Shown: positions 54,520 to 63,791 of the stretch, piece after piece
How the letters are laid out: every line of letters begins with the position of its first letter
How positions within the stretch are numbered: the stretch's first letter is position 1
Source of the DNA: an uncultured Verrucomicrobiota bacterium
Lineage (GTDB): Bacteria; Verrucomicrobiota; Verrucomicrobiia; Limisphaerales; JAEYXS01
Direction of reading: 5' to 3'
Length of the DNA stretch: 64,000 nt
Assembly (NCBI GenBank): GCA_964589735.1
Contig: CAZPUL010000015.1
Coordinates: 11,165 to 75,164 of the forward strand
Made by a program: the position numbers and the translations under genes
Notes under the pieces: model-generated
What the model was told of the DNA's origin: nothing
The model's input: only the letters and a program-made list of their open reading frames with translations
Databases searched by the model: none

Positions 54520-54535
54520 TGTTCCACGTGGAACA
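54520..54535. promoter_or_regulatory. parS-type site (perfect palindrome)
   Basis: TGTTCCACGTGGAACA, 14 nt inside the right copy of the inverted duplication. Confidence 0.7.
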
Positions 54536-54549
54536 ATGGGATTATTCAA

Positions 54550-54629
54550 CCTTGGAAGTGTTACCCTTGTCCTGAACCACACGGGCCTCCGTTTCCCTTT
54601 AACCCCGCTTTTCGTGCCTTTAGCGGGCC
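54550..54629. repeat. Right (inverted) copy of the ~80-bp duplication
   Basis: The reverse complement reads ggcccgctaaaggcacgaaaagcggggttaaagggaaacggaggcccgtgtggttcaggacaagggtaacact... Confidence 0.85.
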
Positions 54630-54646
54630 AAATCCCCTTCCTCAAA

Positions 54647-55099
54647 CTACTTCACTGTCTCAAATACCCGCCGAATCGTCTCCACGCGACGACGATTGGT
54701 GCCGAGATCGGAGTAGCCCAAACGTGAGGCGGAACGTATGTGAATTACCTTCTTATTCTCATCAATCAGGAACTCCACGTCATCCACAAAGCCGAACACC
54801 AGCGTCTTGAACTCCACGTGCATGTAGACGCGGTCGTCCTTGGCTATCTTGGTGCCAGGCAGGGCATCCATCGTTAGTTTCAGACGCAGCATCGCTTCCT
54901 CCGTGGGGCAGGTGAACTTTAGGGGCTCCACCTTTTGATTCGCCCGCTCCGCCTGGCTGCAGACGCAATTCGGCGTCTCCGGGCATTCGGGCAGCTTGCC
55001 GTCCATGGGGCGAATCTTGATGGCTTTCGGTGAAACCACCACAATCACCACCCGCAAGGCGATGAACGCCAGCACAATCAACAAGAAAGTTTGCGCCAT
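54647..55099 (-). CDS. DUF1499-domain protein
   Basis: CPETPNCVCSQ and SASRLGYSDLGTNRRRVETIR motifs typical of DUF1499. Start at MAQTFLLIVLAF. Confidence 0.75.
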   Translation of the reverse strand: MAQTFLLIVLAFIALRVVIVVVSPKAIKIRPMDGKLPECPETPNCVCSQAERANQKVEPLKFTCPTEEAMLRLKLTMDALPGTKIAKDDRVYMHVEFKTLVFGFVDDVEFLIDENKKVIHIRSASRLGYSDLGTNRRRVETIRRVFETVK

Positions 55100-55264
55100 A
55101 CGTTTGTTCCCTCTCACACGGTCCAGCATACGCTGACCAACCTAGGCTTGAGATAGAGCGAGTCAAATGCCAGTTTAAGGAATAAGGAAAAATAAGTTAA
55201 GTCCTAGTTTGGGACAAACGCTCGATACACTCATAACAACCTTATAATTAATGAGTTGCGTCAA

Positions 55265-55303
55265 ACAAATAAAAACGCCGCCAACTTTATAGTCGGCGGC
55301 GTT
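55265..55303 (-). terminator. Rho-independent terminator of the dienelactone hydrolase gene
   Basis: aacgccgcc (55274-82) pairs with ggcggcgtt (55295-303). On the minus strand it is followed by tttttatttgttt. Confidence 0.75.
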
Positions 55304-55325
55304 ATCGTTAATTCCATTCTCAGAG

Positions 55326-56105
55326 CTACTTTGCAAAAATCTCAGAAAAGAAGACTTTCATGGCTTCCCAAGAGCGTTTGTCGGCTTTCTCGTTATAGGC
55401 GGCACCTTTGGAGTTATCGTTACCGGCATCCCAATGCGTGAAACTGTGAACGGCATTGCCGTAGGCAACCAATTGCCAATCCACCTTGGCGTCGCGCATC
55501 TCCTTCTCGAAGCCAGCGACCTCGGCGGGCGGCACATTCGGGTCATCCGCACCGTGGAGGACGAGGACCTTGCCCTTGATATTGTTCGCGTCAGCCGGCG
55601 TCGGCGAACTGAGACCGCCATGGAAACTGACGACGCCATTCACCTTCGCGCCGCTCCGGCTGAGCTCCAGCACGGTCGTGCCGCCGAAGCAATAACCGAT
55701 GGCCGCCACTTTGCCCGTGTCGGTGAGGTCATTCTTGGCCAGCACGGCAAGACCGGCATTGACGCGTTTGCGGAGCAAGGCGCGGTCGCTCTTGTATTTG
55801 CCGGCCATCGCGCCCGCATCCTTCGGTGCGCTCGGGCGGATGCCTTTGCCGTAGATGTCCACGCAGAAAACATTGTAGCCGAGTTGCGCGAGCATCTCCG
55901 CGCGCTTCTTCTCGTAATCACCGAGGCCTTTCCACTGATGCACCACCAGCACGGCGGGACGTTTGCCTTTCACGGAGTCGTCATAAGCATGCCAGCCTTC
56001 CAGCACGGTGTCGCCTTCCTTGTATTCCACGGCCTTGGCCTGGACGGCGGCGGAGGCGCTCCAGCCGGCGCAAAACAGTGAGAGAGCTACGAGAAGTGAT
56101 TTCAT
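55326..56105 (-). CDS. Secreted dienelactone hydrolase family protein
   Basis: Signal peptide MKSLLVALSLFCAGWSASA, a DLH-type nucleophile IGYCFGG, and a C-terminal HSF. Confidence 0.8.
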   Translation of the reverse strand: MKSLLVALSLFCAGWSASAAVQAKAVEYKEGDTVLEGWHAYDDSVKGKRPAVLVVHQWKGLGDYEKKRAEMLAQLGYNVFCVDIYGKGIRPSAPKDAGAMAGKYKSDRALLRKRVNAGLAVLAKNDLTDTGKVAAIGYCFGGTTVLELSRSGAKVNGVVSFHGGLSSPTPADANNIKGKVLVLHGADDPNVPPAEVAGFEKEMRDAKVDWQLVAYGNAVHSFTHWDAGNDNSKGAAYNEKADKRSWEAMKVFFSEIFAK

Positions 56106-56309
56106 GGGAACAAGAATAGCCGAAGAAACGCACTGGTGCAATACGCACACGTAACATTGCGGAGAAGCAAGGGAGTGAATGCGAAATTGGCGAATGAACG
56201 CGATTTCAGAAGGGGTAATGAATCCGAGATGAGAGCAAAACCACGGAGAGCGGCGCTGCGTCACAATGAATGCGGCATCCCTCCTGACCGGACAGGGAAT
56301 TGGTAGAAT

Positions 56310-56339
56310 ACCTCGGCACTTATGTACAAGTGCCGAGGT
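56310..56339. terminator. Perfect 12-bp-stem hairpin downstream of the alpha-E gene
   Basis: acctcggcactt-atgtac-aagtgccgaggt. There is no strong T-run on either side, so the terminator assignment is tentative. Confidence 0.4.
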
Positions 56340-56422
56340 GGTTTCAAAGGGGTGAGAACAGGGCGGGTGTCGGTTACAACGGATGTCACGGGGCTCGTCA
56401 AAGCCCGCAGGATCACACCCTA

Positions 56423-57421
56423 CTACTGCTGCTGTTGCACCGGCTCGGGCTGGATGACGATCTCCGGCTCGGTGTGGTTGATGTAGGTGGAATAAAATTC
56501 CGCGCTGATCTGGTTGAAGCGGATCTGCAAATCGTCCATCGCCTTGTGCAGGCCCTTGCTGTAGATCTCGCCGATGCTGCTGAAGGTCAGCTCCGCGAGG
56601 AAGCGGCCGCTCAATTGTTCCGCGCGATTGGAAAATCTTCCGGGGGCGACACCCGAGATGCGGCGCAGCGATTCATCCGAGTGATGCAGGCAGAAGAGCA
56701 CGGAGCGCGGCACATCGGCATTCAGCAACAGCAGCTCGGCCACTTTCGCCGGTTGCACACCGGCACCGTAGATGCGCTGATACGTCTGCCGCGCGCTGCA
56801 CATGCGCAGTACGGCGAACCATTGCAGGAGACTGTCACCGGAAGTTTTGTTAAACGGCTTCATCAGGTGGAACTCGCTGTCCAGGATGCGCGTCGTCTTG
56901 TCCGCGCGCTCGAGATGCTTGCCCATCTGGATGAAGTCCCACGCCTCGCCGTGCAGCATCGTGGTGTTCGTGATGCCGCCGAACAATTGCAGCGACTGGA
57001 TGACGCGCTGGAAGAAATCGTACTGGTTGCGCTCGAAGGCCTGGCGCGCGCCCTTGCTCGTGAGCCAGAGATAAGTGCGGTTCAACTCCTCCCACATCTC
57101 GGACGTGATCTGCTCGCGGATGGTGCGGGCGTTCTCCCGCGCGGCGCAAAGACTGCCGACCACGGAATTCGTGTGATCGCGATCGAACACGATGAACTCA
57201 ATGACATCGAGCACCTCGGCTTTGCTGTGGCGCTTGCGGAACTCTTCCTCATCACCAAAACAGGCGACGATGGGGAGCCAGTTCTTCGCCATGAGCGCGG
57301 CCTGTTGCGCCGGCACATCCAGCATCAATTGCAAGTTGATGTCCACGAGGCGCGCCACGTTCTCCGCACGTTCCACGTAGCGACCCATCCAGTAAAGACC
57401 ATCGGCAACTCGGCTTAACAT
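56423..57421 (-). CDS. Alpha-E domain protein (DUF403)
   Basis: MLSRVADGLYWMGRYVERAENVARL is the hallmark N-terminus of the alpha-E superfamily. Confidence 0.85.
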   Translation of the reverse strand: MLSRVADGLYWMGRYVERAENVARLVDINLQLMLDVPAQQAALMAKNWLPIVACFGDEEEFRKRHSKAEVLDVIEFIVFDRDHTNSVVGSLCAARENARTIREQITSEMWEELNRTYLWLTSKGARQAFERNQYDFFQRVIQSLQLFGGITNTTMLHGEAWDFIQMGKHLERADKTTRILDSEFHLMKPFNKTSGDSLLQWFAVLRMCSARQTYQRIYGAGVQPAKVAELLLLNADVPRSVLFCLHHSDESLRRISGVAPGRFSNRAEQLSGRFLAELTFSSIGEIYSKGLHKAMDDLQIRFNQISAEFYSTYINHTEPEIVIQPEPVQQQQ

Positions 57422-57436
57422 ACGTGAAAAAATTTA

Positions 57437-58882
57437 TTACTCGTCTCCGTCCAACACCCACGTGTCTTTGCTTCCGCCGCCCTGCGAAGAGTTCACGACG
57501 AGCGAACCTTTCTTCAGCGCCACGCGCGTCAATCCGCCGGGGATAATGCTCACCTTCTCGCCGTAGAGCACATACGGGCGCAGATCGATGTGGCGGCCCT
57601 CGAAGTTTCCATCCACCCAGCACGGGCTGCGTGAGAGGCCGAGCGTGGGTTGCGCGATGTAGTTGCGCGGATCGGCCTTGATGAGCTTGCGGAATTTCTC
57701 GATCGTCTTCGTGTCGGAGTGCGGGCCCACCATCATGCCGTAACCACCCGCTTCATTCGCGGCCTTCACCACGAGCTTCGGCAGGTTGTCCATGATGTAC
57801 TTCATGTCCTCCGGCTCGCTCGCGAGATACGTCGGCACATTCGGCAGGATCGGATCTTGATCGAGGTAATACTTGATCATGCGCGGCACGAAATAATACA
57901 TCACCTTGTCATCCGCCACGCCGGTGCCGATGGCGTTCGCGAGTGAGACATTCCCCGCGCGATACGCCCCTACAATGCCGGGCACACCCAGCATGGAATC
58001 ACGCCGGAACACTTGCGGATCGAGAAAGTCGTCATCGATCCGGCGATAGATCACGTCCACCGCTTGCAGGCCTTTCGTCGTGCGCATGAAGACGTGATTG
58101 TCGCGCACGACCAAGTCGCGGCCTTCCACGATCTCCACACCCATCTGCCGTGCGAGGAAGGAATGCTCAAAATACGCGCTGTTATAGATACCGGGCGTGA
58201 GTACTGCCACGGTGGGATTCGGTTTGCCGTGTGGTGCGATGTATTGCAACAGCTTCAGCAACTCCTCCGTGTAATGCTCCACCGGTCGCACGCTGTACGT
58301 CTCGAAAAGATTCGGGAAAACGCGCTTGAGCGTCTGGCGATTTTCCAGCACGTAGGAGACACCGCTCGGACAACGGCCATTGTCCTCCAGCACGAGGTAT
58401 TGGCCGGAATCATCACGTACGAGATCGGTGCCGCAGATGTGGATATAGATGTTGCGCGGCACATCGAAGCCCATCAGCTCCGGACGGAAGTGCTTGGCCT
58501 CTTCCACGAAGTGACGCGGGATGATGCCGTCCTTCAAGATCATCTGGCCGTGGTAGATGTCGTGCAGGAAAAGATTCAGCGCGGTGATGCGCTGCACAAG
58601 ACCGAGCTCGATGCGTTCCCATTCCTTCCCCGGGATGATGCGCGGGACGAGGTCGAAGGGAAAGATGCGTTCAGTGCCCTGGTTGTCGCTATAGACGGTG
58701 AAGGTAATGCCCTGGTTCAGGAACGAGAGGTCGGCCATCTGGCGACGCTGCTCCATGTCCTCATGGGTGAGTTTCTGGAAGCGCTCCTGGAGGCGACGGT
58801 AATGGGCCCGCGTCTTCTGCGGCGCGGAGAACATTTCATCAAAAAAACCGTCGAGCTGATACTGGCTGAAGGAAAGCTTCAT
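57437..58882 (-). CDS. Circularly permuted type-2 ATP-grasp protein (DUF404/DUF407)
   Basis: 481 aa and collinear with the CP_ATPgrasp_2 family (…GVSYVLENR…, …[22 protein letters not shown]…, …[10 protein letters not shown]). It is followed 15 nt later by the alpha-E gene. Confidence 0.85.
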   Translation of the reverse strand: MKLSFSQYQLDGFFDEMFSAPQKTRAHYRRLQERFQKLTHEDMEQRRQMADLSFLNQGITFTVYSDNQGTERIFPFDLVPRIIPGKEWERIELGLVQRITALNLFLHDIYHGQMILKDGIIPRHFVEEAKHFRPELMGFDVPRNIYIHICGTDLVRDDSGQYLVLEDNGRCPSGVSYVLENRQTLKRVFPNLFETYSVRPVEHYTEELLKLLQYIAPHGKPNPTVAVLTPGIYNSAYFEHSFLARQMGVEIVEGRDLVVRDNHVFMRTTKGLQAVDVIYRRIDDDFLDPQVFRRDSMLGVPGIVGAYRAGNVSLANAIGTGVADDKVMYYFVPRMIKYYLDQDPILPNVPTYLASEPEDMKYIMDNLPKLVVKAANEAGGYGMMVGPHSDTKTIEKFRKLIKADPRNYIAQPTLGLSRSPCWVDGNFEGRHIDLRPYVLYGEKVSIIPGGLTRVALKKGSLVVNSSQGGGSKDTWVLDGDE

Positions 58883-59320
58883 GGCGCGTTGCGACTCAAG
58901 CTGCTGGATTGGGCGATGCCAAACACGGCGCTACCCTAACGCTTTGGGCCAGAACGTCAAAAGCCGTTTCTAGGTTTTGAGCCATGAATCGTATTCATCA
59001 ATCAAAGGCAGGGCATGAAGGAAAGCTGGAGGAGCGACATGGACCATCATGGCCAGTGTCATCGACCATCAATCACGGCACTGTTAAGAGCCGTTGAGAG
59101 AAAGTGGAGTCTGGGGGTGCCTGAGCGGGCAAGTCTTTTGGGGTGCAAAAAAGGGTGGTTTATCCCCTTCCTTGGAGCTGCCTCCACACCAATCTATCCA
59201 AAATCCACCTCCTCAGGGTTAATCCTGATTCACTGGAAAATGCCCAAAGGGACTTGCAAACCGGCCCGGCTGCGCTAACGTCCCGCCCCTGTTTGTCCTG
59301 AATAAAGGACGAACCATAAC

Positions 59321-60877
59321 ATGAAACGCTGCATTTTGGTGTGGCTTTTGCTCGGTTTCTGCATCGCGCAGACCGCGGCGGGTGCTGAATCCGCCCAGGT
59401 AACGCTCGATTACGTGGCTAAAAAGGCCCAGGAACGTGCGCTGAAGCCATTCCGCTCGCCGAAGGCCGATTTACCCGAGGTCCTCCGTAATCTCAATTAC
59501 GATACCTATCGGGAGATCCATTTCCGCCCCGAACGCGCCCTGTGGGGGGCGGACAAGCTGCCTTTTCGCGTCGAATTCTTCCATCCCGGCTATCTTTACC
59601 AGGAACCGGTGCACGTGAACGAGTTCTCGGCCACCCATGTGCAGAACATCCGGTTCGTGCAGGATTTCTTCAACTATCGCAGTTTGCGCATCCAGAACCA
59701 GATCCCGACCCGGACGGGGTATGCGGGGTTCAAGGTGCTCTATCCGCTGAATTCGCCGGACAAGATGGATGAACTGGGATCCTTCCTCGGTGCCAGTTAC
59801 TTCCGGTTGCTGGGCGCAGGGCAGCGTTATGGCTTGTCCGCACGCGGGCTGGCCATCGATTCCGGTGAGACGGATCGCCCGGAGGAGTTCCCCATCTTCA
59901 CAGATTGGTGGCTCGGCAAACCCTTGCCCGGGAGCAAAGAACTGATCCTCTACGCCATCTTGGACAGCGTGAGCTGCACGGGCGCGTATGAGTTCCGCAT
60001 CAAGCCGGGTGAGACTACCATCGCGGACATCGAGGCGGTGCTGTATCTCCGCAAGACCGAACAGATCAAGGCGGTGAATCCGCAGCAGAAACCGCTCAAG
60101 ACCATCGGCATAGCCCCGCTCACGAGCATGTTCTGGTTCGGCAAGAACTCGGAGCGAAAGTTTGATGATTACCGGCCGGAAGTGCATGACTCGGACGGAT
60201 TGCTCATCAAGTCGAGCAATGGCGAGACGTTGTGGCGGCCCTTGAACAATGCGTCCGTGATGCGGCATCAGGTGTTCTCGTTGCCCGGTGTGAAAGGCTT
60301 CGGGCTCTTGCAGCGCGAGCGCAATCACCAGAATTACCAGGACATCTTCAACTTCTACCATCAGGTGCCGAGCGTGTGGATCCAGCCGCACAGTGATTGG
60401 GGCGAGGGTGAGGTGCATCTGCTGGAACTGAGCACGCATTACGAGGGCCTGGACAACATCGTGGCGTTCTGGAATCCGAAGAAGCAGCCGAAGCCGATGG
60501 AGGCGTTCAAATTCGGCTATCGCATGAAGTGGACCCGGGAAACGGACATGAAACTCTCGGAGAACATCGTGCTGAACACGCGCATCGGTGCGGATGGGCC
60601 GAATCCGAAATGGCGGCAGATCGCGATCGACTTCGGCGGGCCGAAGCTGAAGGACATTCCCGAAAGCAATCCGCCGCAGGCCATCGCCAGTTGCAGCAGC
60701 AACGGGGCAATCGTGGAAAACCAGATCTTCAAGAATCCGTTTGATAACACGTGGCGCGTCATCCTGAAGCTGGAGCCGAAGGAAGGGAACAAGACGCCCG
60801 TGGACATCCGTTGCACGCTGAAGCACAACGACAAGGTGGTCAGCGAGACATGGACGTATCATTGGAGCCCGCCGTGA
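59321..60877 (+). CDS. opgG: Periplasmic glucan biosynthesis protein OpgG/MdoG
   Basis: Signal peptide plus MdoG-like sequence throughout (FRVEFFHPGYLY, GASYFR, ...WSPP end). Confidence 0.85.
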   Translation: MKRCILVWLLLGFCIAQTAAGAESAQVTLDYVAKKAQERALKPFRSPKADLPEVLRNLNYDTYREIHFRPERALWGADKLPFRVEFFHPGYLYQEPVHVNEFSATHVQNIRFVQDFFNYRSLRIQNQIPTRTGYAGFKVLYPLNSPDKMDELGSFLGASYFRLLGAGQRYGLSARGLAIDSGETDRPEEFPIFTDWWLGKPLPGSKELILYAILDSVSCTGAYEFRIKPGETTIADIEAVLYLRKTEQIKAVNPQQKPLKTIGIAPLTSMFWFGKNSERKFDDYRPEVHDSDGLLIKSSNGETLWRPLNNASVMRHQVFSLPGVKGFGLLQRERNHQNYQDIFNFYHQVPSVWIQPHSDWGEGEVHLLELSTHYEGLDNIVAFWNPKKQPKPMEAFKFGYRMKWTRETDMKLSENIVLNTRIGADGPNPKWRQIAIDFGGPKLKDIPESNPPQAIASCSSNGAIVENQIFKNPFDNTWRVILKLEPKEGNKTPVDIRCTLKHNDKVVSETWTYHWSPP

Positions 60878-61452
60878 TGGATCTCACCCAGTTCGCGCAT
60901 CCGCCCGGCCAGCTGGCTGGCCGGACGCTGGAGGAATGGAACTCTGCCTACGCCAAGGTGGAGAGCTATTTCCATGCGTTGCGCATCCAGAACAAGGTGC
61001 TGCTCGGCCAGCTCGTCATCCATGTGATCGAGCGGGCGATGCGCCGCGCACCGAATGAACCGCAACGCAGCGCCACGGAGATCGCCGCCGAGGAGATGGA
61101 CAAGCTGGTGACAGACTGGTTCTCGCAGGTCTTGCAGGAGCAACCCACAAACGTGGACCAGCAACTCTCCACGCGCGGACGACTGGCCTTGCTCCTCGCG
61201 GACATGCCGGGCAAATGGCAGGACCAGTTCCTGCGTCCGGGACCGTGGCCGGAAGAATTTGTGTCGGCGATGCGCGAGACGTATCTGCGCGCGGGTCCGG
61301 ACTTCCAATTGTCGAAGATGACGCCGCGGCCGCTGGATCTCGGGCCGATCGCGACCTTGGACAGTTTCAGCCGGTTGCCGTATTTCAAGATGATCTCGGT
61401 CTGGGTGCTCTTCTGGATCGCCCTGGTCGTCATCTTCGTGCTCACCCACTAA
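60877..61452 (+). CDS. Hypothetical protein with a C-terminal TM anchor, inserted between opgG and opgH
   Basis: ATG 60877 overlaps the opgG TGA (gTGATGg), and its stop lies 3 nt before the opgH ATG. 191 aa, no family recognised. Confidence 0.6.
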   Translation: MDLTQFAHPPGQLAGRTLEEWNSAYAKVESYFHALRIQNKVLLGQLVIHVIERAMRRAPNEPQRSATEIAAEEMDKLVTDWFSQVLQEQPTNVDQQLSTRGRLALLLADMPGKWQDQFLRPGPWPEEFVSAMRETYLRAGPDFQLSKMTPRPLDLGPIATLDSFSRLPYFKMISVWVLFWIALVVIFVLTH

Positions 61453-61455
61453 GCC

Positions 61456-63618
61456 ATGGCTCCAGCCGAATCCAATACGGGTCGCAATCCCGAACCCACG
61501 ATCATCGCCCAACCGAAGGTGCGGCGTGGGCATCGCGTGTTCTTCTTTTATTCCTCGGCGGTGCTGCTCACGGGCTTTGTCTCCTGGCTGTTCGCGGACC
61601 TGATGTGGCGCACGGGCTGGTCCATCAGCAAGACCATCTTGCTGCTGCTGTTCACTATCCTGTTCCTGCTGTGCAGCATCGGGTGCATGAACGCCATCTT
61701 CGGTTTCTTCATCCGCGTCATCGGTGACCGGAACCGGCTGACGCAACTGCGCGATTATCGCTCGCACGACATCAAAGGCATCAGCACAGCGATCGTTTTT
61801 CCGATCTACAATGAAGACGTGGCGCGCGTGTATGAACGTCTCCGCGCTGCGTACCGGTCACTGCAAAAGGCCGGTGAGATCGAACATTTTGACTTCTACA
61901 TCCTGAGCGATTCCACGAATCCGGACAAATGGGTGGAGGAAGAGAAGCGCTGGCTGGACCTCGCGCGCGATCTCGATGCCATCGGTAAGATCTATTACCG
62001 CCGCCGCGTGAACAACGAGGCCAAGAAGAGCGGGAACATCCATGACTTCCTCACGAACTGGGGCCGCCGCTACCGCTACTTCATCGTGTTCGATGCGGAC
62101 AGCATCATGCGCGGCGCGACGATCCTGGACATGGTGCGCCTGATGGAAGTGAACCCGGAAGTGGGCCTCATCCAGACGGTGCCGGCGCTGGTGAATGCAG
62201 AATCACTCTTCGGTCGCATCCAGCAATTTGCGAACCGTGTTTACGCGCCCATCTTCATCTCGGGCCTGAATTACTGGTCGCAGAACTTCGGCAATTACTG
62301 GGGGCATAATGCGATCATCCGCACGGAGCCGTTCATCCAGTATTGCGATCTGCCGCATCTGCCGGGCCGCAAACCGTTCGGCGGGCAAATCCTGAGCCAT
62401 GACTTCGTGGAGGCGGCGCTGATGCTCAAGGAGAACTGGCAGATCTGGTTCGCCTATGATCTTGAGGGCAGCTACGAGGAAGCGCCGCAGGACATGATCG
62501 AGAACGCGCAGCGCGACCGCCGCTGGTGCCAGGGCAACATGCAACACGCGATGGTGGTCTTTGCCAAGGGCTTGCGCGGGGTGAGCCGCATCCATCTGCT
62601 CATGGGCATCTTCGGCTATCTCTCCAGCCCGCTGTGGCTGCTCTTTCTGCTGACGTTCAATTTCATCCTGTGGGCGCGCGAAACCTCCGGGCTTTCGGAT
62701 ATCACGGTGCATGCGTTCACGCCGTTCCTGAAGGTGGATGGCACGCAGCACGCGTTCCTCATCTTCGGCATCTGCATGACGGTGATCTTCCTGCCGAAGG
62801 TGCTCGCCCTGATCGACCTCGCCCGGGACAAGCAGCGGGCACTGGCCTTCGGCGGCTTGCGGCATGCGGTGGCGAGCGCCATCGTGGAAACGATCTTCTC
62901 CTCGCTGCAAGCGCCCTTGCAGATGCTCTGGCACTCGAAGTTCGTGGCCACGATCCTGTTCGGCATCGGGGTGAACTGGGGCACGCAGAATCGCGGCTCC
63001 GACGGTATCTCGTGGTTGCACGCGGTGCGGAATCACTGGGGGCACACGGCCATCGGTCTGGTATGGGGTTTTGCGGTGTGGCAGCTGGACCGCGCGACGT
63101 TCCTGTGGTTCGCACCGGTGTGTGCGGGCATGGTGCTCTCCATCCCCATGAGTGTGCTGACCAGCCGCGCGACGTGGGGTGATCGCGCGCGCAAGTCCGG
63201 TCTCTTCCTGACGCCGGAAGAGATCCTGCCGCCGCCGGAGATCAAGCGCTTGCGCGAACGCATGAAGGTCCTGGATGAATCCGGCTCGGGTGAGCCGCTC
63301 GCGCCAGGCTCGGGCATCGCCATCGCGGTGCTGGATCCGTACGTAAATGCCATCCACGTCTCGCTGCAACGGGAGAAGTGGTTGAACCCACAGTATGCCG
63401 AGATGCTGGCGCAGATCGGCGTGGCGCGGCCCGAAGTGCGCGAGTACGGCGAGAAGCTTTTGACGGAAGGGCCCGATGCCCTGAAGCCGGCGGAGCGCAT
63501 GCTGGTGCTGGCGGATTCGCGCGTGATGTCCTGGCTGCATCATCAGGTGTGGCAGCGACCAAGCGAATCGCTGGCGCCCTGGTGGCAGAAGGCGATCCGG
63601 AAGTACGCGCGGAACTGA
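61456..63618 (+). CDS. opgH: Glucans biosynthesis glucosyltransferase H (GT2)
   Basis: FPIYNED, FDADS and QRDRRWCQGN motifs with multiple TM helices. Confidence 0.9.
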   Translation: MAPAESNTGRNPEPTIIAQPKVRRGHRVFFFYSSAVLLTGFVSWLFADLMWRTGWSISKTILLLLFTILFLLCSIGCMNAIFGFFIRVIGDRNRLTQLRDYRSHDIKGISTAIVFPIYNEDVARVYERLRAAYRSLQKAGEIEHFDFYILSDSTNPDKWVEEEKRWLDLARDLDAIGKIYYRRRVNNEAKKSGNIHDFLTNWGRRYRYFIVFDADSIMRGATILDMVRLMEVNPEVGLIQTVPALVNAESLFGRIQQFANRVYAPIFISGLNYWSQNFGNYWGHNAIIRTEPFIQYCDLPHLPGRKPFGGQILSHDFVEAALMLKENWQIWFAYDLEGSYEEAPQDMIENAQRDRRWCQGNMQHAMVVFAKGLRGVSRIHLLMGIFGYLSSPLWLLFLLTFNFILWARETSGLSDITVHAFTPFLKVDGTQHAFLIFGICMTVIFLPKVLALIDLARDKQRALAFGGLRHAVASAIVETIFSSLQAPLQMLWHSKFVATILFGIGVNWGTQNRGSDGISWLHAVRNHWGHTAIGLVWGFAVWQLDRATFLWFAPVCAGMVLSIPMSVLTSRATWGDRARKSGLFLTPEEILPPPEIKRLRERMKVLDESGSGEPLAPGSGIAIAVLDPYVNAIHVSLQREKWLNPQYAEMLAQIGVARPEVREYGEKLLTEGPDALKPAERMLVLADSRVMSWLHHQVWQRPSESLAPWWQKAIRKYARN

Positions 63619-63625
63619 GGGGGAG

Positions 63626-63663
63626 TTAAACCGCGGAATACACAGAATACGCGGACACGGAGA
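63626..63663. repeat. TAAACC(R)C(R)G...ACACAGAAT repeat-family member
   Basis: ttaaaccgcggaatacacagaatacgcggacacggag, 8 nt after the opgH stop. It resembles 7691-7746 and the arms at 3993-4026. Confidence 0.65.
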
Positions 63664-63791
63664 GAGGACGCTTGGTAACCGCAGGCATCTTAATGCCAGT
63701 TGCTTTGCGGAAGTTGCTGCGGGTTGAGACAACCCGCGCCCCGAGCGCTTTCCCGCTTCTCAGGCGTGGGGCGGCTTGCTAGCGTCGCGGC

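Noticed and set aside
59015-59278. 87-aa ORF in the ATP-grasp / opgG divergent region
   Set aside because: It has no motifs, an odd composition and no ribosome-binding context. The region is more likely promoter/leader DNA.
62203-63732. 509-aa minus-strand ORF, plus similar long antisense ORFs at 43511-45205, 45004-46206, 20170-21528, 33600-35000, 35117-36331, 25340-26416, 59471-60862, 28599-29729, 30557-31786, 8690-9820 and 58013-58939
   Set aside because: Each lies opposite a gene with strong family evidence and translates to Arg/His/Gly/Ala-rich sequence without motifs.
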